Shown: in pieces, positions 11,751 through 24,520 of the stretch | Layout: each line of letters starts with the position of its first letter | How positions within the stretch are numbered: the stretch's first letter is position 1 | Assembly: GCF_009914755.1 (NCBI RefSeq) | Contig: NC_060931.1 | DNA from: the human T2T-CHM13v2.0 reference genome, Homo sapiens | DNA: 64,000 bases | Direction: 5' to 3' (one strand) | The notes under the pieces: model-generated | The model's input: only the letters and a program-made list of their open reading frames with translations | The model's database searches: none | Told to the model about the DNA's origin: nothing | Position numbers and translations under genes: made by a program

Positions 11751-13447
11751 TTTATTTATGTCTGGTGGAAAAGGTGTGAATGTGTTTTTCTTCTCAAAAC
11801 TGTCATTGAATTGTTCTAAAATTACTTATTAAATAATCCTTTCTCTTCAAGTATAGACTTGTGTTGAAAAGCTTGCTTTATCATGTATTAAGTTAATTGT
11901 GTTGTTCGGTTTGGTCTACATAAAGTCTCTCCATACAATTCCAGGGATTTATAATTTTATTTGGGGGCCAGAACCACACTTCTCCAAGTAGTGCTGCTTT
12001 TTAATCTTTTCAAGTACTGAATAAACTAATCTGCCTTCACAGTTTTTTGCCAAGCAATTCTTTTCTAAATTGTACTAATTCTAATAGTGACTTAAAGGAA
12101 CCTAGTTCTCTTTTGATATTTTAAGATGGCAAAAATAGTTTTGATATTTTGAAACACTTGGAGACAAAATTGCATCAAATGTTTAGCCCAAGTAATCACT
12201 GATTTTATTGCATTCATTGCAGAGGACTTTGGCTTTAAATGAAAATCTTACGCAAAAGGCTTGAAGCCAAATCCTATAGATTTCTTGAAAATGTTTTGTT
12301 GCTGTTATTGCTGGTGTTTTATTTAGTTTAGGTTAGTTTCTTCACACAAGCCTAAATGCACATAACTTCGTGGTCTCTTAACTGATTTCAAAATATCTGA
12401 GCTGTTTTTTAAAGCATGAGTTTTAGTCTAAATCTTACAAATTGTAATTTGATCTATTGAGCAAAATCACCAGATAGTTGCCTACTTATATACTTTACAT
12501 ATGGAGTTATGAGTATGTGAAGATGGTTAAGCCTTTGATTTTATGCTGTCTGCTGAGTTTGTATAGATTTAGTTACACAGATTATTTTTCTCTCCTTGCT
12601 CTTAAATCTCTGAAGAAAATATACACACACAAAACAACATACATAGTAGAGGCCCCATTCTGAGCCAAAGTTAAGGTTCATGGATGGCCCCCAAATACCT
12701 GATACGCTAATGGGGTGGGTCCTTAGGAGTTGTCTGATATGAGGACCACTGGTGATATGTGAATGAGGAGGAGGAGATGGTAACATACCCTGAGGTATGG
12801 TACAGATAGCCTGGAATCTTTCACCACCTTTGGAGAGTAAGAAGGATAATCATTTTCAAAAGGTTTATGCCATGCAATACATGGGCCCCAGCAATACTGC
12901 CAAACTCACAGAATGGCTTTGGAACTTCAACTTGCTCTGGAGTAATTCCAGGCACAGATGTAAGTAAGCATTGCTGTGAGGCATATATGAAGTTACATCT
13001 CTAGGTGGCCTTGCATACAACTTACATGCATGTGGGCAGATGGGGGGAAGATTATGATATATGCCACATGACAGCAGAGTCCACCCCAAGAAAACTCAGG
13101 TGAGACCAATCTAGGGCTCTGTAGTCTTAACTGCATGTGGTCTACAGGGTCTCAAAGTCTTGAGAATCCCTATGGATTAATAACCAGGGGAAATAAGCTA
13201 TTGCTACTAATAATATGTGTTGTTACACAGATCTGGCAGAAGATGGATTAGATTTAAACACCATTTGAATAACTTACAGTTAGTAAATATTAACTGAACT
13301 ACACTGAACATTTTCTTGAGTTCTGTAATTCTAAAAGATTTTGAAATTGTCCTAAAATCAAAACAAACAAATAGGTAACCCTAAAAATTTTGAGAAACTG
13401 GCAGCATCATGTAGTAGGAAACTAATTTAATTGGACTCAGAGGGTGT

Positions 13448-13746
13448 TATTTATGTATTTATTCATTTTTATTCATTCACAATGATTGTACATATTTATG
13501 GAGTACATGTGCTATTTTGATACATGTATACAATTTCTTATTTTTTTTATTATACTTTAAGTTTTAGGGTACATGTGCACAAAGTGCAGGTTTGTACATA
13601 TGTATACATGTATACAATTTCTAACAATCAAGTCAGGGTAATTAGGATACCCATCAACTCAAACATTTATCTTTTTTTGTGTGTTGGGACCATTTCATAT
13701 CTTCTCTTCTAGCTATTTTGAAATATAGAATAAATTATTGTTCACT
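13448..13746 (-). mobile_element. L1MA 3' end
   Basis: ttgtacatatttatggagtacatgtg...caagtcagggtaattaggatac...ctagctattttgaaata. Confidence 0.85.
13539..13611 (-). mobile_element. Extremely 5'-truncated young L1PA 3' tip
   Basis: ttattatactttaagttttagggtacatgtgcacaa...catatgtatacatgt; 19-bp TSD atacatgtatacaatttct at 13520-13538 and 13604-13622. Confidence 0.9.
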
Positions 13747-13775
13747 TCAATCCACAGAAGGCATTATTTCTAGTA

Positions 13776-14102
13776 CAGATGCTTTTTGTGTGTGTGTTTT
13801 TTTTAGTAGAGACGGGGCTTCACCAAGTTGCCCAGGATGGTCTCCAAAATGTTGGGATTACAGGTGTGAGCCACCACGCCCGGCCCAAAAATGCATTTTA
13901 TACATTGTAGAATATCTGTTGTTTGGCCTGATGATTTCGTGGCTGACTGGGAGCTATGGCTTGAGACAGCTGCATCACTAGCCCAGGAAAAGATCAAAAT
14001 TCAAAATTTGAAGTACAGTTTCAGCTGAATGTGTATTACTTTTGCACCATGATAAAGTCAAAAATATCATAAGTAGAAACATCTTAAGTCAGGGGCTGTC
14101 TG
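13776..14102 (+). mobile_element. Tigger-family MITE (MER47B-like)
   Basis: TA|cagatgct ... caaaattcaaaatttgaagtacagtttc...aagtcaggggctgtctg|TA; TA TSD. Confidence 0.78.
13784..13885 (-). mobile_element. Alu left-arm fragment with an internal deletion
   Basis: ttagtagagacgggg...ggtctc^caaaatgttgggattacaggtgtgagccaccacgcccggcc. Confidence 0.85.
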
Positions 14103-14204
14103 TATAAGTTCTGTTGCTGACTTGAGACACTCATTTCACCTCTCTGATCTCACATGCCTTATTTACAAAGTGAAGGACTTACAAAATGTGCCACAAAAGT
14201 AAAT

Positions 14205-15830
14205 TATAGTCAGTCTCATGTATATAATGGGAAAACTCTTCAATAAAATACTAACAAATAGAATCTAACAGTGTATTAAGGAATAATGCATCTCAACCAT
14301 GGAGCATTTACTTCAGGCAGAGAAGAAGGATTCAAGGTTAGGAATTCTGTTAATAGAGTTTATTGCATAAGTATTTTAAAGGAGAAAACCAAATGATTAT
14401 CTTTATAAATTTCAAATTGTATTTGATACTATTTAGCAACCATTCCGATAAAAGAAAACAAACCTCTGTGGATTGTAGATCCCTTTTTAATCTTGATAAA
14501 ATCTAGAAATCAGTAACAAATAGTAATGAAGGACTTAAGACATTTCTATTATAGATAAGACTAAGACAAGGATACCCACTGTGGTAGCTAGTCTGCAAAG
14601 GTAGCACTCAATGGACACTCCTCCTGGTATAATGCCCATGTGTAGTCATTTCCATATTGAATGTGACTAACCTGTGACTTCCTAACAAAGCAGAAGATTT
14701 GTTAGCAAAGTACTGTGGTGGCAATCCCAAGGTTATACCTTAAAAAGACCTAACACCACACACTTTTCTGTGCTTAGAAGCCTTATGCCACATAAGATAT
14801 TAAGACTTCTGACTACTCTTCTGAAAAGAGAGTCCACGGGCAGAGACTCTGCAGGATGAGATGCCATGGGGAGACAGAAGCACACGGAATAGCACCTATA
14901 AGCCAGACATATGAGTGATGAAGCCAAAACATTAAGCAAAACCTGCTATTTTATATTTCAGTGCCTGGGCTGTAGCCTGATTAGCCAGAGTAATTAAATC
15001 ATCATGGCATAGGTACAAGATTAGGTAAATAAATTAAGTAACATAACAGAGAATCCTGACACAAACTCAAGTACGTAAGGGAATCTAATATATATCTATA
15101 CATATATATGTATATATTTACATATGTAAATATACACATATTTAAATGAGAATCAAATTGGTGGAGACAACATGAGTCATGCATGCGATAAATGTTGTTT
15201 GGACAATTGACATGCAGACGGACATAAGGAAAAATGTAGACTTAGTATCCCATCATAAACAAAAATAAACTTCTGATGCATAAAATATTTCTATTTTTTA
15301 AAATTTAACTATTTAAATACTAGAGGAAAACAGGGAAATATTTTCTATAATCTAGGAGTGGGGATGCTATTATAAGCAATTAAAACCTCAGAAACCATAA
15401 ACTAAATGATATAATGAAAGTGACTGCAGAAAAAATAAAAACAAACACTTTGGCATGGGAAAATCACACTACAAACAAAATTCAATGCCAGACTGGGGGA
15501 AATATTTGCAACCTGTTTGACAGATAAATGGGCACAATCCTTACTATACAACAGTTTTACAATAGAACAAAATATACAATTTTATTCTTATAAATCATTG
15601 TGCAAATGACGAATATTCCATAGAAATATGAGAAAAGGCTACGAATAAGCATTTCACAGATGCAGAATACAAATATCTAGTAAAATTATTAATAACATAA
15701 AATGCAAACTATAATGAGACTGTATTTGTTTATTTGTTTATACCAATATTAAATGTTTTGAAAAGTAATAACAGTTGCTTTAGGAAATGGTCACTCTCAA
15801 ATTGTTCTCTGGGGTTCAAATTTTAATATC
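14205..15830 (+). mobile_element. Old L1ME-like ORF2/3' fragments
   Basis: caataaaatactaacaaatagaatc...agacaaggataccc; later ggggaaatatttgcaac. Confidence 0.65.
14580..14945 (+). mobile_element. MLT1 (F/G/H-like) LTR inside the L1
   Basis: tgtggtag...ctcctggtataatgcccatgtgtagtc...ccagacatatgagtga. Confidence 0.6.
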
Positions 15831-16622
15831 TCTTTCTAAAAATACTTTTTATTGAAGAATAACGCACATAATGAATAGTATTTAAAACTGAAATGTCCTT
15901 CTTCATAAAGTATCATCAAGCAAGCATTTGTGTAACTACCATAAAGCCAGGAAATAAATAGCCAGCGTCATAAAAGCCCACTTTCTGGCACTTTTTGAGT
16001 TAACTAGTATTCTAATCTCTAATACCATAGTTCAGTTCTACCCATCTTTGAGTTTTATATAAGCAGGCTTATTCTTTCATATGTGCCTTGTTTTGCTCAA
16101 TATTATGTTTGTGAGACTTACTTTTGCCATCACATGTAATTGCAATTCTAATGTACTTATTGTTGATTAAAATATCACTCTATGAATATACACAATTTAC
16201 CATTGTAGTCCTAACATTTGAGGTGTTTTTAGTTTTTCGGCCATTATGTGTAAGGATGCTGTGGACATTCTTGCATATGTCTTTGTGTCTCTATACAAAG
16301 CAATTCTATCCAGTTTATACCTAGGACTGGAAGTGCTTACTCATAGGGAATGACTATGTTCAACTTTATTAGATAATGCCAGACTGTTTCCCAAAGTTGT
16401 TGTACTAATTTACATTCCTACCAGCAATGCATAAGCATTCAAGGTGCTCCACAATATTATCAACACTCGATAATATTGCTCTTCTTAACTTTAGCCATTT
16501 TGGAATGTGTAGAGCTTTAGTTTTCATTTTCCTTATGACTAATGAAATAATGAAATTCCGCACCTTTTCAAATGTGTATTAGCCATCTGAGTTAGTTTTA
16601 TAGACAAGGGCTTGTACAAATA

Positions 16623-17202
16623 CAGCAAGTCCTCAAATAACATTGTTTTATAATAACCTTAAGAGAAAAAAAGTCAATTCCCAGCTGGGGTCACTGTCTA
16701 TGTGGGGTTGACATGTTCTCCCCATGTCTGCATGCATTTTCTCCAGGTCCTCCAGTTTCCTCCCACATCTCAAAGATGTGCACATTAGATGAATTGACAG
16801 TCTAAAGTGTCCCAGTCCAAATGAATGTGGGTGTGGGTGTGAGTGTGCCCTACGACGGGATGGTGTCCTGTCCAGGGTGTATTTCCACCTTTCACCCTTA
16901 GCCCCTGCAGAGGCTCCAGCACCCGAGACTCTGAATTGGAATAAGTGAATGAACTTATATTGTTTTTATTAATCTTTCCTAAATGTATGTGTAGCTCACA
17001 TTTATTTCAATGTTTAATATTAAATGTATTTTGGTCTTTTTTTTAGAAGTTTGGTGATTTTTTGTCACCAGTAATATGCCAGGAACTGAACTCTTACTTA
17101 TATCAATTCACCTATGGTAAAATTGGTTTTGTTATATTTTATTTTTTGCTTAAAGTCACAGCTTCCATGATCCTATCAAAGACATTAAGTGAGGGCTTAT
17201 TA
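16623..17202 (+). mobile_element. MER6A-like Tigger element
   Basis: TA|cagcaagtcctcaaataac...catgttctccccatgtctg...tttcctcccacatc...gacattaagtgaggg; TA flanks. Confidence 0.85.
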
Positions 17203-17377
17203 TACCTTGTTCATTTTGGATTGTCTGTGTTTTTCTTACTGAGTTATCGGAGCTCATCATATATTATGTATACAAGCCCTTTGTCTTAACAGTGTTGCAA
17301 ATATCTTCTCCCATTCTGTGGTTCTTTTTCTACTCTTTTAATGCTTTTAATGGTATCTCTACATAAAATTTCTTAGG

Positions 17378-17668
17378 TTTTTTTTTTTTCTTTGAGGCTC
17401 TCACTCTGTCACTCTGGCTCTAGTGCAGTGGTGTGATCTTGGCTCATTTCAGCCTCAACCTCCTAGGCTTAAATGATCCTCCTGCCTCAGTTTCCCCAGT
17501 AGCTGGGACTATGGGCATGTGCCACCATGCCTGGCTATTTTTTTTTTTAATTTTTTGAAGAGATAGTGTCTTTCTATGTTGCCAGGTTGGACTTGAACTC
17601 CTGGGCTCAAACAATCCTCCTGCCTTAGTCTCCAAAAGTGCTGGAAATACAGATGTGAGCCATCTTGT
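17378..17668 (-). mobile_element. AluJ
   Basis: Diverged antisense dimer containing ctcctgggctcaaacaatcctcc. Confidence 0.9.
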
Positions 17669-17784
17669 GTCATCTTAGCTTTAATATAATACAAATATTT
17701 TCTCATTTACTCCATGGTTTTTGTATCTTACTTAAGAAATCTTTTCCTGTCTCAGGTCATGAAGGTAATCTATATGATCCTTTA

Positions 17785-17972
17785 GAACTGAGCTGTCTAA
17801 TACATTAACAACTAGCTGCATGTAACTTCTACTAACGACTCGAAGTTAGGTAAATTGAAATAAAATAAAATGAAAAGTTTAGTTCCTTGTTCATATTAGC
17901 CATGTTTTTAAGGGCTCCATAGTCACAGGTATAGAACATTTTCATCATTGCAGAAAATTATACTGGTCAGAT
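17785..17972. mobile_element. hAT-Charlie MITE (MER3-like)
   Basis: gctgtctaata...atagaacattttcatcattgcagaaa...tggtcag. Confidence 0.7.
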
Positions 17973-19671
17973 ATAATAATTTGCAGAACAATTTATAGAG
18001 TAGAATTCTATTTTTAAAAAAACAAGTATCAAAACCACAATACTATCTGCATGTGTCCAAATTTGTATATGTATATAAGAAGTCTGGAAATAGGTACATC
18101 AAATGCCAACTAACAGCAAATTGGAAGGCTTTGCGTGACCCACAAAAGCAAATAATAAGCAAACACATTGCAATATCTGTCTGAATGAGAGTTTAAAATG
18201 TACGTATCCTGGTTAATGAGAAATGCATTAGAAATTTTTTTACTTTTTATTTTTTAATTAGAAATATCAGTTTGTAGAACTGTTGCACACAATTGTCCTG
18301 GTGTGTATTGTTCAGATCCAAGGGTGTCATTTACACGAACAATAAAGAGGGCTGTGCAACCCTGTCGATGAGAAATCATATATCTGGAAAAAAAGCCTTT
18401 TTCAGTTCTGCTGCCAAAGTAGCCTGGAAGCAGGTTTCATCTTGTCCCCAATACGCATGTGGGACAGCGAGGCTTATATTTGGTGTTTAATGTTATTTTC
18501 CATTAAAAGGAAATCGAGATCCTTGGAGAATGGCTGACTCAACATCTTGGGGCTTGAAAAAGTCAACCTGGGAGTAGAACATCTTGTTTTTGCCAGTAGG
18601 TGAGGACTTTATGAGACAATTCCTGAGTATTTCTTTTAGGAGCAGGCATGCACCAAGTTGTAGCAATTCCATCAAAAAGCCTAAAAACAAATGACATTTA
18701 GTAAAAAGGACTGGATGATAGCTATAAAACAAAAATAAAAATATAACAATATGTGACTGTTCTTGTTAATTATAATGCCTATGGGATAGTTGATATAGGT
18801 GAGTGAGTGTTGTTCCTATGAAGTATATATTGAATTTTTCTTTACCTATGTGGGCAAGAATGGGTAGATTAAGGAATTGTGAGCAAGCAAGATATTTCTG
18901 GGAAAAGAAGAGATTTTATTAAGAATCAGAAGGACAGGGAACAACCAGGTTGTTCCACAGAGTGTATCAATATGATGGACAAGCAGAGGGAGAAAGCAGT
19001 CTCCTTGGACTGGATTCTCATCTCCTGAATTGAAAAACCCTAGATAAGCCTTCTAATAATATGTGATTAAAGCATACCCATGTTTCCAAAAATGCTAACA
19101 AACTGTATCAAAATTGTGAATAAATTTGAGAGGAAAATGAGTTTTGCAATGCAGGCCAGGGAGAAAAAAAAATCTAAAATTTTGTCTTTGTTTTGTTTGA
19201 AGACATGAGCTTGCAAATTCCATTTATAAGAGAGGTTTTATTGGAAAAAGAGGGTGTTTTGAGGATCTGTCTAGATTTGAGAGACCCTGGAAGACACAAG
19301 CAAGTCTCATGCCATGACCAGGGATCAGTTAATTAGGTCAGAACCTATCATCTTAACAGGTTTGTGTGAGAAAGCACAGTATTGTTACTTATCTATCAGG
19401 GTAAGTAAAAAGTACAGAAACAAATTTTGAAACCATGCTGATACTCTGTTTTGAAGGTGATTGAACAATTAAAAGAGGTTGATAAATTAAACTCTTGATT
19501 GCACTGAGATGGTTTAGGGAATTTTGTTAATTACATTTAAATCAAGTTGTAAATATTTAAGATAATTCATGAAATGTAGAAATAAATATTTATGATGTTT
19601 GAATCTTTAGAAACATTGCGTTAAGTAGATTTACAGATTTTAATAAACTGAATGTTAAATAAAGAAGCACA

Positions 19672-19971
19672 AGCCAGGGTCAGTGGTTCACGCCTATAAT
19701 CCCAGCACTTTGGGAGGCTGAGGCGGGCAGATCACATGAGGTCAACAGTTGGAGACCAGCCTGGCCAATATGGCAAAACCCCGTCTCTACTAAAAGTACA
19801 AAAATCAGCCAGGCGTGGTGGCGGGTGCCTCTAATCCCAGCTACTCAGGAGGCTGAGGCAGGAGAATCGCTTGAACCCGGGAGACGGAGTTTGCAGTGAG
19901 CAAGATGGCGCCACTGCACTCCAGCCTGGGTGACAAAAGCAAGACTCTGTTTCAAAAAAAAAAAAAAAAAA
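19672..19971 (+). mobile_element. AluS
   Basis: Full dimer with A-tail; TSD aagaagcacaa. Confidence 0.95.
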
Positions 19972-20059
19972 GAAGAAGCACAAATTAAAGTATTTTTCAT
20001 GTCCAGCCTTGGTGTATTCATAAAACAAAAGCTTACATGTGACCAAACAAAAGTACAGT

Positions 20060-20735
<676 letters not shown>

Positions 20736-21049
20736 AAAATATATACAGAGATATTAGTAACTTCATAAAGAAAAGGCATAGGCTGTTCTAGTGGTGCAAG
20801 AACGTGCATCCCTTTGCCTCATTTGGATGATCCGCGTGTGATCTCAGGTACTGGCAAGACGTCAGATAGATCTTGCTGAGTTGGCTAGTCCAGCTTTGTT
20901 ATTTGTTGTTGCTATTAAGACTATTATAGGATTTAATGCAACAGGAAACAGCTATAAGCATAAATACTACAAAACGGTCATCTATGTTTATATATGGCAG
21001 TTCTGCCCTTTGAATGGTGCCTCCTTATAAATAAATGTTCAGGCATCTT

Positions 21050-21507
21050 CCTAGATCATGTCTTTCCACATAAAAGCTTTTCGCTATTAAAGTTGCCACA
21101 CTCCCATTTAAAACCACTCATTTCTTCTCCTTGCACTTAGAAAGCAAACGGAGCTCCACACAGTGCTTCAATACCTACAAAATCTGCCTACTGTTGACAT
21201 TTGTAATCTCGTGTTGTGCACTCCCCCTCTTCCTCACAACATCATAGATACAGAGGCCTCTTCGATGTTGCTAGAACATACCCAGCGCGCCCCTGCCTGA
21301 AGGGCTCTGTATTTGCCGCTCCCTTTCCCATGCAGTCACACACTATCTAAAATGACCTTGCTTGTCACTCTCTCTCTCATCAGCTAATATTATTTTCTAT
21401 ATCAATGTGTTTATTTTTTTCTCCCTGTCTTAATTCAGAGCCTAGCATGTAATTGTTGCTCAATAGACATTTTTTTGAATAAATGCATGCATTAATGAAT
21501 GAATGAA
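21050..21507 (+). mobile_element. L2a 3' end
   Basis: cctagcatg...gctcaatagacat...gaatgaatgaa tail. Confidence 0.75.
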
Positions 21508-23989
21508 CGTTCCTATTAATGGTGCTTATTCTGGGAAATATGACTGAGAGTGAGAGGACTCATTCTACTTCTTACACTCCAGGCCAATCTGATTTTCTTA
21601 TACTAAGTATAAGCTAATTTTGCAACCGAATTTTTAAAAATACATGTGCATACACGTTTGTACTTAGAATAGATGACTTGAAAGGTAATTTCCATCTTCA
21701 GCATTTTATGTTACGTTTTCCAAATTATTCTCTTAAGATATAAGGAAGAAGTATAGCACAGTTTAAATGGTAAGGTGTCGAGACAGAATCAATGTATTCC
21801 ATTTTTCAATTATGAATTACTGCAAAAGCATGAATCAATGTCAGTATCTAAGAGCCTTCCAGATATCCCTTAATATAGAGATTAATGTGTGCACCTGTGT
21901 TTTCACCCTTAATTCCTATAAAAATTAGGTCAAGAACATCAATTCTCTCTGGCCACCAATCAGGCTTTGGAGAAAATAGAGGCAATATCATTTTGGAGGG
22001 TGGAAGTGGGCGGTGAGGCAGTGTGACGAATGTTTGCAGATGGATTCTCCCCTTCTCCATCTGGCCTCTGCATATGAGAATGCAGAATATGTGCTCCTGT
22101 ATCTTGGCCCTTGCTTTGAGGGTAATTACTGTTAACTTTGAATGATTTGACTTATCTGTTGTGAGGTAGACAGATAAGGGTTCAAAAGGAGAAATTATTA
22201 AAATTTTGGTATGCGCTTCCCTTTTCTGTAAAGTATTTAGGAAGCCATCAGAGATACAGAAAATATGCCAAGACAAGATAAAAGCAGAAGAAAAGGAGAA
22301 GGCCAAGAGGGGCATGAACATGAAATGAAACCAGAAATGAGGGTTAAACAAAATTTCTGTGTCTCTCGGACACCTACGCTCTTGTAAGTAGGGTGTAAAC
22401 ATTGGCTGTAACCTTTCTCAAATCCAGTTTAGAAATGAAAACTGGATAAATTATACCTTTTGCAGTATTTCTAACATAAGTTATATCAAAGCAGTTGTTT
22501 CGTCAATTTACATCTATTCCTGATAGAAAAGCAGAAAGGACTTTCTCCTGAAAGTCTCTGAAAAATGGGTGTTATTCTTAATCTCATTTTTTGCAGGGTG
22601 TTTAATCTCCTTGCTTTTATTTACATGAGGCACTGGCATAATTCCAAGATGCAATTAGGTTAAAACAATTCTATGGTGATGAGGGTGATGGTGGGTGTGG
22701 AGCGGGGTGGAGGTTGTGAAGGACACTTTAAAATAAATACATGTACCTTTAAAATAATCACATGCATTTTCTTTTCTTCAGTCATTCCAGGATGGGAATT
22801 GGCAGGAGTACTTTTTTTTTCTGTACCAAATTAGAATCTGCCCCTAGGACTGAGGAAAACAGAGCTGGGGAGAATGATAGTTAAAAGCCAATAAGAATCA
22901 TTTATTTCCACCTCACTGGTCAGACATATTTTGGGTGTATGAGTCAGCCCAGTGTGAGAGGAATGTTTGGGCTAGACTTTATCAGAAGTTATGTAAATTT
23001 TTCAGACTGATGAAAACTATCCTGGCTAGTTATTTGAGGCTTTGGGTAGAATCAGGGCTGAAAAGTTTGGGGAGCTGAACTTATTTTGTGACCAGGACAG
23101 CTCTGATTGGGCAACTTCTCTGTTCCAGCTCCCTCTGAAATCCCCTTTCTGGAGTTAATAATATTGTTTTATGCCTAAATTGCTCAGTTTGGTCAGAACC
23201 TATGTTTTGTCAACTCTGAAATATCTGACAAAAGATTTCAGCCTGTCAAAGCAGTCTTCCACATCAGATCAGACACTCAGGGCATTTGCTGGCTGAGAGG
23301 AGGTGAATGAACTGAGTGCATTCTGTGTACTTGAATGTATGTGATTCTTAAGAGGAGAAGGCAAAGATCAAGTTGTATTTTCTATCCTCAGAAAGCACAC
23401 AGTCTGGTGGCAAAGACAGGCATGGATACAACTCTCACAGAGCAAAGTAGAATGTGATCATTGCAGGACAAACACGGAGATTTGGGGGCACTGAAGAGAA
23501 GAATGAAATTGTAGGGAAGGTTCTTGTACGCCTCTTTTATTGAGGGGCCTATCATTTAGCAGACACTTTAGCAGGCATTCAAAATATGCTAGACAGATGA
23601 ATAAATAGAAGAGATATCAACTGTGCAAGAAAGAGTAGACTGTGAAGATGTAGAGATGAGTAGAAAAGATGTTTGAGGCAGGAGAATTACATAGTGGCGA
23701 CACAAGCTTGGTGAGCAAAGGCATCAGCTAATACTGGGTGAGGAATATTGGCCTGGAATATTGTCAAAACAAGACAGTATTCTTGGACCCATTAATTTTC
23801 AAAGAAACATCTGTATTTCATAGTCAAAAATGAGTTTGGGAGCACATATAAGCCTTTGAAAAATAAAGGCAGACAAATATGGTTAGAAGATTGAGGTTTG
23901 TTAATATAAGAAATATCAATAGGATATTGTGATGTAATATATGGTGTGATGTGATGATGTGATATAAAGCCAAGGTTTTCTAAGGAAGA

Positions 23990-24520
23990 CTACTGTGCCT
24001 ACCATATTGCTGCCCCCTACCTTTGGCAGGCATGGGGAGCTAAGGATAATATATCATCATGATGCTTGCACAGCAAGATAGGGGTAATAGAGGAGGGTTT
24101 AAGGAGGAAGCTACGCATAAACGTGTGAGTAGGGTTAGAGAATACCAATAAGGCATGGTGAGGCCCTGGAGCTGTTCACACTGAGGAGTCATTGCTACCC
24201 TGAGAGCTGTCCAGGCAAGGGGGTGGAGTGGTTAGAAAGAGCTGTGGCTGTAGGTGAGGAAGGAAGACAATCCCCAGAGAGGACCCACAGCCTTCCGGAG
24301 AGGCACATACCACTGTCAACATGCGACCCAACAGAGACCCAAGGAAATAAATTCCCAATCCTTCATGCCTCCCTATTTCCTGCTGGTGTCTCCTACTGTG
24401 CAGATGTCTTCTCCTAAAGGACAGGGAGACCCATGATGTGGTCCTTACAGCTCAGCCTCTTGGAGCACAGAGCAAGGCAGAGAAGGATGAAAAATGACTC
24501 GAGGGGAGAACAGAGCAAAG
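23990..24520. mobile_element. Old ERVL-type LTR (LTR41-like)
   Basis: cagcctcttggagcacagagcaaggcagagaagg...gagggg resembles the LTR41-class end. Confidence 0.45.

Larger units (their letters stand above)
15845..17780 (-). mobile_element. L1ME-like 3' region, interrupted by MER6 and AluJ
   Basis: tttttattgaag...ttcccaaagttgttgtactaatttacattcctaccagcaatg...ttgcaaatatcttctccc. Confidence 0.75.

Noticed and set aside
21848-22402. Longest ORF in the track (184 aa, minus strand)
   Set aside because: No recognisable domain, non-coding-like composition and no supporting exon structure; plausible by chance
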